From positions 32,001-96,000 of IMG/VR virus record IMGVR_UViG_3300033149_003257: a stretch of 64,000 nt of DNA; one strand, written 5' to 3'. Positions within the stretch are counted from its first letter, which is position 1; the number at the start of each line of letters is the position of its first letter. The translations under genes and the position numbers were made by a program. Under the pieces are notes generated by a model, which did not search any database, was not told where the DNA came from, and saw only the letters and a list, made by a program, of their open reading frames with translations. Origin of the DNA: a virus. Positions 49,872 through 59,231 of the stretch are shown piece after piece.

Positions 49872-51161
49872 TTATATAATTTCAGGATCGTATTTCTCTT
49901 TAATATCTCTTTGAATAGCATCTTTTGTAAGTTCATCAAAAGCATCTTTAAAAGTTTCATCAGTTCTATATAAAGAATGTGCATCTTTAGTTCGAAAACT
50001 TTTATTTGGTAAATTTATTAAATGACACCATGCAGCTGAATTTATTCTTTTAGTTTCTTTCAAAAATTCATAATTTGTCCAAAAATTAGAAAAACCTCTA
50101 ACGAAATCTCCAATAATTTTTACTTCAATATTTGGAGTAAATAGTTTATTTTTAACCATATTAACTCCAACAAGTATACCATCAAAACCATATGTCTCAG
50201 ATTTCAATATTCCTCTGATTTTCATTTCAGCTAAATGAAATGAATTATATCGAAGAATATTTCCACCACCCATTGTTTTACCACTTGATAAAAACCTAAG
50301 ATCTTTAACCCCAGAAAATGGTCCTATATTAACATCATCTCTTAATTGTTGAACAGCAATTAAACTGATATTATAATGTCCAAGTTTTGTAATATATTTA
50401 GGTAATAACAAAGAAAGTAATTTTGCTTTGTATCCAATTACAGAATTCGGATCATCTGCTTCTCTTTCTTTTTGTGATAAAGTATTTGCAATTGAATCCC
50501 ATATAACAACAGATGGAACGTCAACCATTTTCTTTTGTTCTTTAAATAAACATAACCCCTCTAAAAATTGGAAAACTTTCTCTACAGTAATATCAGTATA
50601 TGGTTTAATTTTTGGATATCTAACTCCAAGATTTGAAAGTCTAATTGTGGTTGTAGCTTCTTCAGAATCTAAAAATGCAGAAATTGATTTTCCTTTATAT
50701 TTTAATTGACTCTGTCCTAAAGTTTGAATTGCTAACATAGACTTTCCACTTCCAGCTTGACCAACAACTATATTAAATGCTCCAACCGCAAAACCACCAC
50801 CTAATATAGCATCTAATACATCAATTCCTGTAGGAACAGTCTGTTTTACTCCAAGATCTTGAACTAAAGTAGTTTTCTTTTCTATAAATGAATTAAATTC
50901 AGCATATAAATCATTACTTTCTTTATTTACTTCATCTTTAATTTTATTATCTTCAACATTCAGATTTTGTTTTTCTTCTTCATTATTTATCTCAACTTTT
51001 TCAATCTCTTCTTCATTATCATCTTTTAATTTTATAGAATCCATTACTTCATCAACATCTAGATTTGGAAACTCCTTATCATTATTTTCTACAACATTTT
51101 TATCTTCTTCAATTATTGAATCACTAGTTTCATTTTGTTCTTCTTGAATGATATCTTCCAT
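49872..51161 (-). CDS. recA: RecA/UvsX recombinase with acidic N-terminal extension
   Basis: PTGIDVLDAILGGG, GQAGSGKS, FLDSE, IWDSIA, QLR, GGNILRY, VKNK. Confidence 0.9.
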   Translation of the reverse strand: MEDIIQEEQNETSDSIIEEDKNVVENNDKEFPNLDVDEVMDSIKLKDDNEEEIEKVEINNEEEKQNLNVEDNKIKDEVNKESNDLYAEFNSFIEKKTTLVQDLGVKQTVPTGIDVLDAILGGGFAVGAFNIVVGQAGSGKSMLAIQTLGQSQLKYKGKSISAFLDSEEATTTIRLSNLGVRYPKIKPYTDITVEKVFQFLEGLCLFKEQKKMVDVPSVVIWDSIANTLSQKEREADDPNSVIGYKAKLLSLLLPKYITKLGHYNISLIAVQQLRDDVNIGPFSGVKDLRFLSSGKTMGGGNILRYNSFHLAEMKIRGILKSETYGFDGILVGVNMVKNKLFTPNIEVKIIGDFVRGFSNFWTNYEFLKETKRINSAAWCHLINLPNKSFRTKDAHSLYRTDETFKDAFDELTKDAIQRDIKEKYDPEII

Positions 51162-51181
51162 AATTACTCCATAATAATAAT

Positions 51182-51607
51182 TTATGATAAAACAGAAACT
51201 TTATCTAATACTTTTTCTTTACTGTCTTCTAATTTATCTCTAGAAAACTTTTGAAAACTCTCAACTTTCTTAGCTATCTTTTTAATATCTAAAAAATCAG
51301 CAATATCATCATCTTTACCGGTTTTATCTAATTTTCTTCTCAACTCAATTTCATCTTTTACACTTTTAATAATTTCTTTCCTCATATCTAATAAACTATT
51401 AAAAAATAATGTTAAAGTTTTCATTCTCTCTTCAAAATAAAATTTAAATCTTTTATCTATACTTTCTGGAATAAGAGTATTTATATTCTCTTTCAAACTT
51501 TCCATTTCAACAATCATATTTTTTATTGCTTGTCTATGAGAATTATATTCATTTAATAAACCATCAATCAATAATTCATCTTTATTTTCAACATTATTAT
51601 TTTCCAT
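51182..51607 (-). CDS. helical hypothetical protein
   Basis: 141 aa ORF. Confidence 0.7.
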   Translation of the reverse strand: MENNNVENKDELLIDGLLNEYNSHRQAIKNMIVEMESLKENINTLIPESIDKRFKFYFEERMKTLTLFFNSLLDMRKEIIKSVKDEIELRRKLDKTGKDDDIADFLDIKKIAKKVESFQKFSRDKLEDSKEKVLDKVSVLS

Positions 51608-51611
51608 ATTC

Positions 51612-51818
51612 TTACTCCATAATAACTTTCATTTTTCCAGTAACATCAAGTGAATTTCTTAAATATCCAGTATTTATAAAACTACCATCTTCTTTTATAA
51701 AATTACATTTAAATTCAGTATTTCTATTTGGATTAGTTCCTTGACAAAAATCTATACCATCTCTTACATAAGGACAATTAGCAGAATATTTACAAACTTG
51801 ACCAGGTTTTAATAACAT
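51612..51818 (-). CDS. small Cys-containing protein
   Basis: C..CPY...CQG...C. Confidence 0.6.
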   Translation of the reverse strand: MLLKPGQVCKYSANCPYVRDGIDFCQGTNPNRNTEFKCNFIKEDGSFINTGYLRNSLDVTGKMKVIME

Positions 51819-52030
51819 TTTTGACTCCTCATTTTATCTACTCTTGATATTTTTTTAATATTTTTAAATTTTATTTTAATAATTTCATGACCATTATCTT
51901 TAACATTATTTATTTCAAAAGCATATTTCAAAGCACATTTTTTAGAACAAATCATATTTATCATACAATTTTTACATGGATCAAATAATGGTTTTTTTAC
52001 TAAACCATATATTGCTTTCAAACATTCCAT
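51809..52030 (-). CDS. small PCxxC-x5-C-x3-C protein
   Basis: DPCKNCMINMICSKKC. Confidence 0.6.
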   Translation of the reverse strand: MECLKAIYGLVKKPLFDPCKNCMINMICSKKCALKYAFEINNVKDNGHEIIKIKFKNIKKISRVDKMRSQKCY

Positions 52031-52045
52031 ATCAAACCTTTTTAA

Positions 52046-52055
52046 TAATTTGTTC
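52046..52055 (-). promoter_or_regulatory. candidate phage promoter GAACAAATTA
   Basis: Exact repeat, 15 nt before an ATG. Confidence 0.5.
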
Positions 52056-52128
52056 CAAATTATATTTTACATTTCCCACCTTTCTTTAAAAACATTGAAT
52101 AAAATATATTTATATATCTATTTTTATA

Positions 52129-53007
52129 TTAACAAATTCTATTAGCTAAATTTCCAGTGTTACATTCATCTTTATGTCCGTACTTGTAATGACATTCTTT
52201 ACAAACAGAAATTCCAAAGTCTGGATCTAATGAGAAAAATGGTTCTAATTTTTGTGGACGAGTATGATGAACATGTTCTGCTTTTTCTCCACAATAAACA
52301 CACTTATAATCATCTCGTTTTAGAACAATTTCTCTAAATGTTTGATATTCTTCTTGATTATATTGAAAACCACTCCCTTTATAAGTTCCCTGTTTTATTT
52401 CTACTTCTTTTATTAATTGTGATACTTTTTTACCATAAAGAGGACAAATATTTTTACATTCTTTTGAACAATAGAAATTCGATTCACCAAATCCTTTTGG
52501 TTTTTCAATAGCTCTTATTCTAGCACTTATTTGATCATTAGTTGGAGTAAACCAACCACCTTGTTCTTTCGAATTAAGACAATTATGATTTTTACAATGT
52601 ACTTGTATTTCTTTTTCTCCAGGTTTATCTGGATTATATCTCATTTCTTCTATTTTAGAAAAAAATGGATATTTTTCTCGAATCATTTCAATTGTAAATT
52701 TATTTGGTCCCTGTCTTCCTTTACAACTCTTAACTAATTTTTTGGAATACTTTTGAATTCTTATATCGTTTTCTTTATTTAAACCCTTATTCCATGGTTT
52801 CTTACCAAACATTGGATTTGATATTCCAATATTCTTATTTCTTAATCTTTTAATTGTTTCTTTCGAATGTTTTCTATTTACAGAAGATATTCTAAATTTT
52901 TCTCGATTAACTGGACAACTTTGCCAATTCTTTTCACAACAATATTTTTTAATATGTTTAAGAAAATATTTTCCTTCTCTTCCACAACCATAATAACATA
53001 ATTGCAT
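52129..53007 (-). CDS. NUMOD3-HNH homing endonuclease-like protein (copy 4)
   Basis: CYYGCG, SNPMFGK, shared C-terminal half; abuts the nrdJ stop. Confidence 0.85.
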   Translation of the reverse strand: MQLCYYGCGREGKYFLKHIKKYCCEKNWQSCPVNREKFRISSVNRKHSKETIKRLRNKNIGISNPMFGKKPWNKGLNKENDIRIQKYSKKLVKSCKGRQGPNKFTIEMIREKYPFFSKIEEMRYNPDKPGEKEIQVHCKNHNCLNSKEQGGWFTPTNDQISARIRAIEKPKGFGESNFYCSKECKNICPLYGKKVSQLIKEVEIKQGTYKGSGFQYNQEEYQTFREIVLKRDDYKCVYCGEKAEHVHHTRPQKLEPFFSLDPDFGISVCKECHYKYGHKDECNTGNLANRIC

Positions 53008-53009
53008 AT

Positions 53010-54746
53010 TTATATCTCACAAGAACCATTAGCACATTTATAATCATCTTCTTGTCTTTTGCCAAAAACTTCAGAACTATTTGTAGTAAGCTCAAAAGAA
53101 ACTTCTTCTGAAGTAAGTCTATTTAATATCTGATTATCTCTACTTCCATCTACATAAACAGTAACACCTTTTAAATCTTTTATATATTCTAATAAAAGAT
53201 TATCTAACTCTTGTACAGTTGTATCTTTAGGAAGGTTAATCGTCTTCGATACAGCGCCATCAACATATTTTTGAACTATAGATTGAACTTCAAAATGATC
53301 TTGCGGTTTAATATCAAAAGAATCTACAAACCATTCTGGAATTTCTTGTCCATTTTCAATACATTCTCTATATAAATCATGAATATAAACTCTAGAACTA
53401 ACTTCATCATCTCTTCTATATGCTTTAGAAAATAAAGGCTCAATTCCACTTGTAACATCTGCTAATAAAGAGATAGTTCCAGTTGGAGCAATAGCCATAC
53501 CTGTAACACATCTAACTCCTTTTTTCTTAATATCCATTCTTAATGGAGCTGGAAGTTTTCTTATAAAAGAAGCTTTTAAATATTGAATTGAATCAAATTT
53601 AGGAAAAGCACCTTTTTCTACAGATAATTCAACTAGAGATTCATAAACATTATCTCTAATAAATTTCATTAATTTCTCAATTTCAATAATTGATCTTTCA
53701 GACCCATATTGAACTTGTTTTGCAAATAAATATTCAGCTAAACCCATAACACCAATTCCAATTCTTCTTGAAGTATGAGCTTTTATATCAATTTCTTTTA
53801 AAACATATTTATTTACATCTATAACATTATCTAGAAATCTTACTGCAAGTTTAATTGTTTGACTTAATTTTCTCCAGTTAGTATTTACATTACCCGTAAT
53901 AAAATTGGGTAAAACAAGAGACCCCAAATCACATACATCATGTGGTGAAAGTATCGCTTCTCCACATGGATTGGTAGAAACAACTGGATCATAATAATAA
54001 GAATTATTTTTTAATAAATTTGTAAAATTTAACAAACCAGGTTCAGCACATAATACCATATTTTTAAGAATTTTATTCCATATATCTCTTGCTTTTACTT
54101 TTTCATAACTTCTTTGTTTAAATTTAAATTCCCAATCAGAATCCATTTCAACACATTCTAAAAATTTATTAGTTATACCAGCTGAAATATTATAGCAATT
54201 CAATTTTCCATGAACTAATTTTGAATCTATAAAATTAAGAATTTCTGGATGAGTTATATCAACACAAGCTAAAGCTGCAGCTCTCCTACTTCCACCACTT
54301 TCAATTGTTTCTGCCACAAAATTAGATGCTTCTAAAAAACTAACGAGTCCAGAAGATGTTCCTCCTTTTCCAAGTATCTCATCACCTTTTGGTCTAAGAG
54401 ATGAAAAATTTACTCCAACTCCTCCTCCTTCAGACCATAAAATCAAAGCGTCTTTTATAAATTGTCCTATCTCTTCAATTGAATCTCCAATAGGTAAAAC
54501 ATAACAATTAAATAAAGAACCTCTTGGTCTTCCAGAATTTCTAATAATTCTGCCACCCGGAAGAAAATCCATATTGTAAATCATCTCATGAAATTTCTTT
54601 GTATACTCTGATCTTTTACCAGATTCTGCTTGAGCAACAATATCTGAAACTCTATATGTAGCAGATTCCCAATTTTCACCATCCAAAAAATATCTTTTTC
54701 TTGCTACTTCAAAAGCATTACCTGATAACATAACTTTTTTTGTCAT
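53010..54746 (-). CDS. nrdJ: adenosylcobalamin-dependent (class II) ribonucleotide reductase
   Basis: FLPGGR, LFNCYV, GGGVG, TNPCGE, CDLGS, RRIGIG, IAPTGTIS, C-terminal CANGSC; no small subunit nearby. Confidence 0.88.
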   Translation of the reverse strand: MTKKVMLSGNAFEVARKRYFLDGENWESATYRVSDIVAQAESGKRSEYTKKFHEMIYNMDFLPGGRIIRNSGRPRGSLFNCYVLPIGDSIEEIGQFIKDALILWSEGGGVGVNFSSLRPKGDEILGKGGTSSGLVSFLEASNFVAETIESGGSRRAAALACVDITHPEILNFIDSKLVHGKLNCYNISAGITNKFLECVEMDSDWEFKFKQRSYEKVKARDIWNKILKNMVLCAEPGLLNFTNLLKNNSYYYDPVVSTNPCGEAILSPHDVCDLGSLVLPNFITGNVNTNWRKLSQTIKLAVRFLDNVIDVNKYVLKEIDIKAHTSRRIGIGVMGLAEYLFAKQVQYGSERSIIEIEKLMKFIRDNVYESLVELSVEKGAFPKFDSIQYLKASFIRKLPAPLRMDIKKKGVRCVTGMAIAPTGTISLLADVTSGIEPLFSKAYRRDDEVSSRVYIHDLYRECIENGQEIPEWFVDSFDIKPQDHFEVQSIVQKYVDGAVSKTINLPKDTTVQELDNLLLEYIKDLKGVTVYVDGSRDNQILNRLTSEEVSFELTTNSSEVFGKRQEDDYKCANGSCEI

Positions 54747-54762
54747 TTATATTTACTCCTTA

Positions 54763-55617
54763 TTAATAATCTGTAGTAATTGTTAAATGAAATGGATTAG
54801 AACATTCTTTTCTTCTAGACCATAACCACATATCAATATTTGCAATTGACATTTTTGTATTTTCTTGTATTTTTTTACAAACTAATATAGTTGCTGATCT
54901 AATTTCAGCTTCCATTAATGAACCTTTTTCTATTAGCTCAAAATTTCTTATTTTATTTTCTAACCCATAGGAATATGAAATACACCCATAATTTTTAAGA
55001 ACACGAGGAAGTTGATAATCTGCAGGAACAAATACATTATTTAAATAATTATGAAAACAACCAAATTTTCTATTCATTGTGAGAAAAAACAGAGAAGCTC
55101 GTTTTAAGAATATGTCTGAAGCATATCCCGGGAAAAATCTAATTAGTTCTTGTAATGGAGGTTCATATCCATTTTGTAGATGACGTAAAAATATACTAGA
55201 AAAGTCAAACCATAATTCATTAACTTCTTTTAAATGTTTTATTCTATCTTCTAAAAGTGGAAATCTATAAATAATTAATTGATCAATAAAATGATCTAAA
55301 AATTCTAAATCACCACCTAATTTAAGATTTTCATAAAATGTTTTATCCAATAATTCATACATTTTCATTGCTGAAGAATTTCCAGGTCTAAAATATGGAG
55401 AAGCATACCAATAACAATAGTTTATAGAATTAGCAACAAGTTCAAAAGTTATCTCATCAATAGTAGGTTCTAAAACTTTAAAAGAATTATTATTCTCAAT
55501 ATTCTGTAATATAATATTAGATAATATTTCAACATTTTCATAATGAATATTAACATATTTTGGATTTTTCATAAAATAATTTACTGCATCAAAAACACCT
55601 TTCCATATATCATCCAT
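54763..55617 (-). CDS. queuosine salvage hydrolase (Qng1/DUF2419 family)
   Basis: NSINYCYW, FLKRASL, PADYQLPRVL, GSLMEAEIR, IDMWLW, PFHLTITTDY. Confidence 0.85.
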   Translation of the reverse strand: MDDIWKGVFDAVNYFMKNPKYVNIHYENVEILSNIILQNIENNNSFKVLEPTIDEITFELVANSINYCYWYASPYFRPGNSSAMKMYELLDKTFYENLKLGGDLEFLDHFIDQLIIYRFPLLEDRIKHLKEVNELWFDFSSIFLRHLQNGYEPPLQELIRFFPGYASDIFLKRASLFFLTMNRKFGCFHNYLNNVFVPADYQLPRVLKNYGCISYSYGLENKIRNFELIEKGSLMEAEIRSATILVCKKIQENTKMSIANIDMWLWSRRKECSNPFHLTITTDY

Positions 55618-55647
55618 TTAATTCTCCCTTCAATTTCAAAAAAAAAA

Positions 55648-55989
55648 TTATATTAATTCTTCTAATTCTTTTTCTGCTTCATCTTCAGCATTTTCATGTT
55701 GGGAATCCAACATTTCTAATAATTCTTCAAATTCTCCAAAATGAACTTTTTCTTCATAAGCAACATCTAATAATACTTCTTTTACTCGATCATTTGTTGC
55801 TATTTGAGCCATTCTCTCATATAAATTTACTGCATCAGTTTCTGCAATAATTGCTAATCTTAATAACTGAATATCTTTATAATCACCTGAAGTTTTTTCT
55901 ATATCATTTAACTTCATAAATAGTTCTGTTAAAATTTTTCCTTTATTTTCTTTTGTTTCTTGTAATTTATTTAAATAATATTTCAGCAT
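55648..55989 (-). CDS. ferritin-like (rubrerythrin/encapsulin-cargo-type) protein
   Basis: LRLAIIAETDAVNLYE...LLDVAYEEKVHFGEF. Confidence 0.85.
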   Translation of the reverse strand: MLKYYLNKLQETKENKGKILTELFMKLNDIEKTSGDYKDIQLLRLAIIAETDAVNLYERMAQIATNDRVKEVLLDVAYEEKVHFGEFEELLEMLDSQHENAEDEAEKELEELI

Positions 55990-55991
55990 CT

Positions 55992-56405
55992 TTATTTTTC
56001 CTCTTTAGATTTAAATAACATATAATGTTGTTCTTTATAATCAGCAGTTTTTCTTCTAGTTACTGCTACATTAATAAAATGATATCTTCCTTTAATTTTC
56101 TTTCCAAAAAAATCTATAACAATATGTGCATTTGTATATTGTTCAATTTCACAAGAACCAATGTCAAATTTTTTAAGAGTTCCAGCACCATAACCAGATT
56201 CAATTTTTCCAACAAATAATGCTTCTTTTTCACTATGATCATGAGTTCTAATTGCTAAAACTCTTTCACCACTTTTTAATGGAACCCCTTTTCTAATTGC
56301 AAATGAAGCCCAATTATTTGAATTTGGAATCCGAAACCTTAGATCTTGATGCTTCTTAGCTTTTTTTGCATCATGATCAATAACTATAAATTTAGAAGTT
56401 GTCAT
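55992..56405 (-). CDS. stand-alone LigD 3'-phosphoesterase domain
   Basis: FIVIDHDA...HQDLRF...SFAIRKGVP...LAIRTHDH...GYGAG...D.G. Confidence 0.85.
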   Translation of the reverse strand: MTTSKFIVIDHDAKKAKKHQDLRFRIPNSNNWASFAIRKGVPLKSGERVLAIRTHDHSEKEALFVGKIESGYGAGTLKKFDIGSCEIEQYTNAHIVIDFFGKKIKGRYHFINVAVTRRKTADYKEQHYMLFKSKEEK

Positions 56406-56414
56406 AAAATCCTC

Positions 56415-56663
56415 TTATTTTATTTTAAATACTTCTACTGTAAAATGAATTTCTGGAATTGAATCACCTTGTTTATAAGAAACTTCTTCTTTTAAAATTG
56501 GAACAAAATCTCCAGATTTTAAATTTTTTTCTGAAGTTACAAAATCATCTATAGGAACTTTAAACAATTCATATTTACCCATTCCCCTATCTTTACTATT
56601 TGAGTTTGGAAGTTCTAAATAATCTTTCAAATATATTTCAGGAATATCATTATTATTACTCAT
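56415..56663 (-). CDS. hypothetical protein
   Basis: 82 aa ORF. Confidence 0.55.
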   Translation of the reverse strand: MSNNNDIPEIYLKDYLELPNSNSKDRGMGKYELFKVPIDDFVTSEKNLKSGDFVPILKEEVSYKQGDSIPEIHFTVEVFKIK

Positions 56664-56875
56664 TCCTCTCTCCTCTGTATATTTTAATAAATTAGAACCA
56701 TATAAAGGATTTAACCAAAATTCTCCAACATAAAGAAATAATTCTACTTCCTTTCCAACAATATCTTTTTCTCTTCATACATAATTAATATTTTTTTTGA
56801 TTATGTATATCATTCTTAAAACAAAAATCTTTAAATTGTTTATAATTTCCAGAAATAACCGCTATCTAATAATTA

Positions 56876-57340
56876 TTATTCCTCAAGTGCCAATCTAGCC
56901 AAAGAATAAGCATCTGCCAAATTGTCATCATCAAATTCAACTCCCCACTTTTTAAAAACTTTAAGAAGCATTAAATTTTTTTTCGCATTTCCTTTTCCAG
57001 TAACAAATTTCTTTAAAGATCCCGGAGGAATAACTTTATAATTCATTTTATTTTGATAAAAATATATTCTTATATAATAATTAAGAGCTCCCATTTCTAA
57101 AATAGATTGACCTTTTGATTGATAACTAGGACCCTCAATATATATAGATAATAAATTATCATTATTTTTTAGAACGTTATCAATACTTCTAATAATTTCA
57201 TTAAGTATAAATAAAATTCTAAATTCTATTTCATCTCCTGTTTTACTCTTTATTAATTGTTTTTCTATAATCTCAGCACTTTCATTTAAAATAATTAAAC
57301 CAGTTCCATCAAATGATAAATCTAATCCACAATATAACAT
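56876..57340 (-). CDS. ruvC: RuvC-like Holliday junction resolvase
   Basis: GLDLSFDGTG, IYIEG, PGSLKKFVTGKGNAKK, DNLADA. Confidence 0.9.
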   Translation of the reverse strand: MLYCGLDLSFDGTGLIILNESAEIIEKQLIKSKTGDEIEFRILFILNEIIRSIDNVLKNNDNLLSIYIEGPSYQSKGQSILEMGALNYYIRIYFYQNKMNYKVIPPGSLKKFVTGKGNAKKNLMLLKVFKKWGVEFDDDNLADAYSLARLALEE

Positions 57341-57360
57341 AATAAATCCTTTATTTTAAC

Positions 57361-58080
57361 TTATCCAAAATCTACTACAATATTCATTAAAGGTCCCATA
57401 GAAAGTTTTTCTATTAATTCTCTTTTCTTCTCTTTTCCCTCATCCAAAACATCACCTTCTAAAGGAATTTCACCAAATGGAGTTCTTAAATTTCCTCCAC
57501 CATATTTTTTTCTTATGCGACCTAATATGATCATGATATCAGCCAAACAAAAATCACAAAATAGAATTTGAAATTCATTTGGAATTCCTCTAAAATCTGA
57601 TGGTTGCATTCTCTCATATACAACTGTTAATTGTGTTTCATTATTTGGTGTTGGAGAAATTCTTACTATATTTGGATGTTTAAATTCAAAACCATAATCC
57701 CAAGAAGAAAAATGTTTAATCATCATTGAAACTTCGACATCTAAAGCCCATTCTCTGAGTTCAGATAATGTAAATGGACCAATGGGAGGATGTCCAAACA
57801 TAATTAAATTAGACTGAGGAAAAATAATATCAACTACATTTAAAATTTCAAGACCTTCAGGTTCATTAAGATAATATTCATTGCTTCTTCCAGGAACTTG
57901 ATTACTTTCTAAAGTAGTATTTAATGACATATTTTTTGGTTGAGGAACATAATAAGAAAACTCTCTTAAAGTATATTGTTTTATATGATTAATAATTACA
58001 TCATCATCCATTTCAACACCAACATATGGAAACCCTAAATTAGATTTTATATAATTTAAAACTCTACTTTCATTTAACAT
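57361..58080 (-). CDS. neck/head-completion protein (T4 gp13-like)
   Basis: YIKSNLGFPYVGVE...LGRIRKKY...TPFGEIPLEG...EGKEKKRELIEKL. Confidence 0.65.
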   Translation of the reverse strand: MLNESRVLNYIKSNLGFPYVGVEMDDDVIINHIKQYTLREFSYYVPQPKNMSLNTTLESNQVPGRSNEYYLNEPEGLEILNVVDIIFPQSNLIMFGHPPIGPFTLSELREWALDVEVSMMIKHFSSWDYGFEFKHPNIVRISPTPNNETQLTVVYERMQPSDFRGIPNEFQILFCDFCLADIMIILGRIRKKYGGGNLRTPFGEIPLEGDVLDEGKEKKRELIEKLSMGPLMNIVVDFG

Positions 58081-58097
58081 AAAATAAACTCCTAATT

Positions 58098-59228
58098 TTA
58101 ATTAGAAAAATATAGAACATCAATATCTTCACCAATTATAATTCCAGATCTTTGTAATGCAAGTTTCATTGACTCTTTGTTAGCAATAGAATTATCAGAT
58201 AGTATATTTTGAATATGTTTCTTTTTATCTAAAATTTCCGTACTACTAGGATCATCTAATTCTCTAGATAATAATTCAAAGGAAACTAATTTCAGATTAT
58301 TAGAAATAGTACTATTTTTGATCTCTTCATTAATAACAATACTCAAATATTTGTTCAATTCATTACTAGAATCAATATTAAATATAATTTCATTGTTTCT
58401 AACTTTATCATATATAGTATTCATATTTCCAGATAATTTTAATAAATCATCAAATATACTTATAAATCTCTTAGAACCAATCCCTTTTACTCCATAAACA
58501 TCATCTCCAGAATCTCCAATAATACTCATAGCTAAAGGTAAAAACTCATCTGGAATATGAGTATCAACATGTAAAAAAGAAGACATTACTTTTCCACATT
58601 TTACCAACTTTTTATGTTTTGGAACTTTAGAAAAAACAGAACAATTTTGTTTTACACATTGAAATAAATCATGATCATTTGAATAAACTAAATGATAAAT
58701 ATCATCTCCATCTTCAACTAAATTTCTAGTCATCAAATAATATGGTACAAAATCAGCTTCTAAATTTGGAAGTCTAATAAATTTTATATTCGGAATTTTA
58801 TTAAATACTTTTTCAGACAACAAAAAATTAGAATGTAAAACTTGAAAAAATAAATCTCTTTTATCTCTATCTAAACCATATAAATCATCAATTTTTCTAG
58901 ATATTTTATATTTTTTACTAATATTCTTATGATAATAAGATATTCCACTTTCTAAAAAAATATACACATTTATATTAATATTTCTCTTAACTGCATATAT
59001 TTTATGAAAAGATAAAAAAGATAATATTGAAGAGAAAACAGATGTATCAAACCTTTTAGTTCCTAAAGAACTTTCTACTATATTTAAAATTGCATGTTCC
59101 ATATATATAGTTTGTAAATTATTTTTCAAATCAATATATATATTTAATGTTTTACAATCATTTCCAGAAATAACTTCATCAAGAATGCTATAACTTGGAT
59201 AATAAGATAAAAGGCTAGCAGGATGCAT
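58098..59228 (-). CDS. 5'-3' flap exonuclease / T4 RNase H-like
   Basis: LEADF, SNDHDLFQ, IIGDSGDDVYGVKGIG. Confidence 0.88.
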   Translation of the reverse strand: MHPASLLSYYPSYSILDEVISGNDCKTLNIYIDLKNNLQTIYMEHAILNIVESSLGTKRFDTSVFSSILSFLSFHKIYAVKRNININVYIFLESGISYYHKNISKKYKISRKIDDLYGLDRDKRDLFFQVLHSNFLLSEKVFNKIPNIKFIRLPNLEADFVPYYLMTRNLVEDGDDIYHLVYSNDHDLFQCVKQNCSVFSKVPKHKKLVKCGKVMSSFLHVDTHIPDEFLPLAMSIIGDSGDDVYGVKGIGSKRFISIFDDLLKLSGNMNTIYDKVRNNEIIFNIDSSNELNKYLSIVINEEIKNSTISNNLKLVSFELLSRELDDPSSTEILDKKKHIQNILSDNSIANKESMKLALQRSGIIIGEDIDVLYFSN

Positions 59229-59231
59229 ATA

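Noticed and set aside
38631-53007. HNH repeats as a diversity-generating retroelement or as intron-encoded ORFs
   Set aside because: There is no reverse transcriptase, differences are not adenine-specific, and the flanking genes are intact rather than interrupted.
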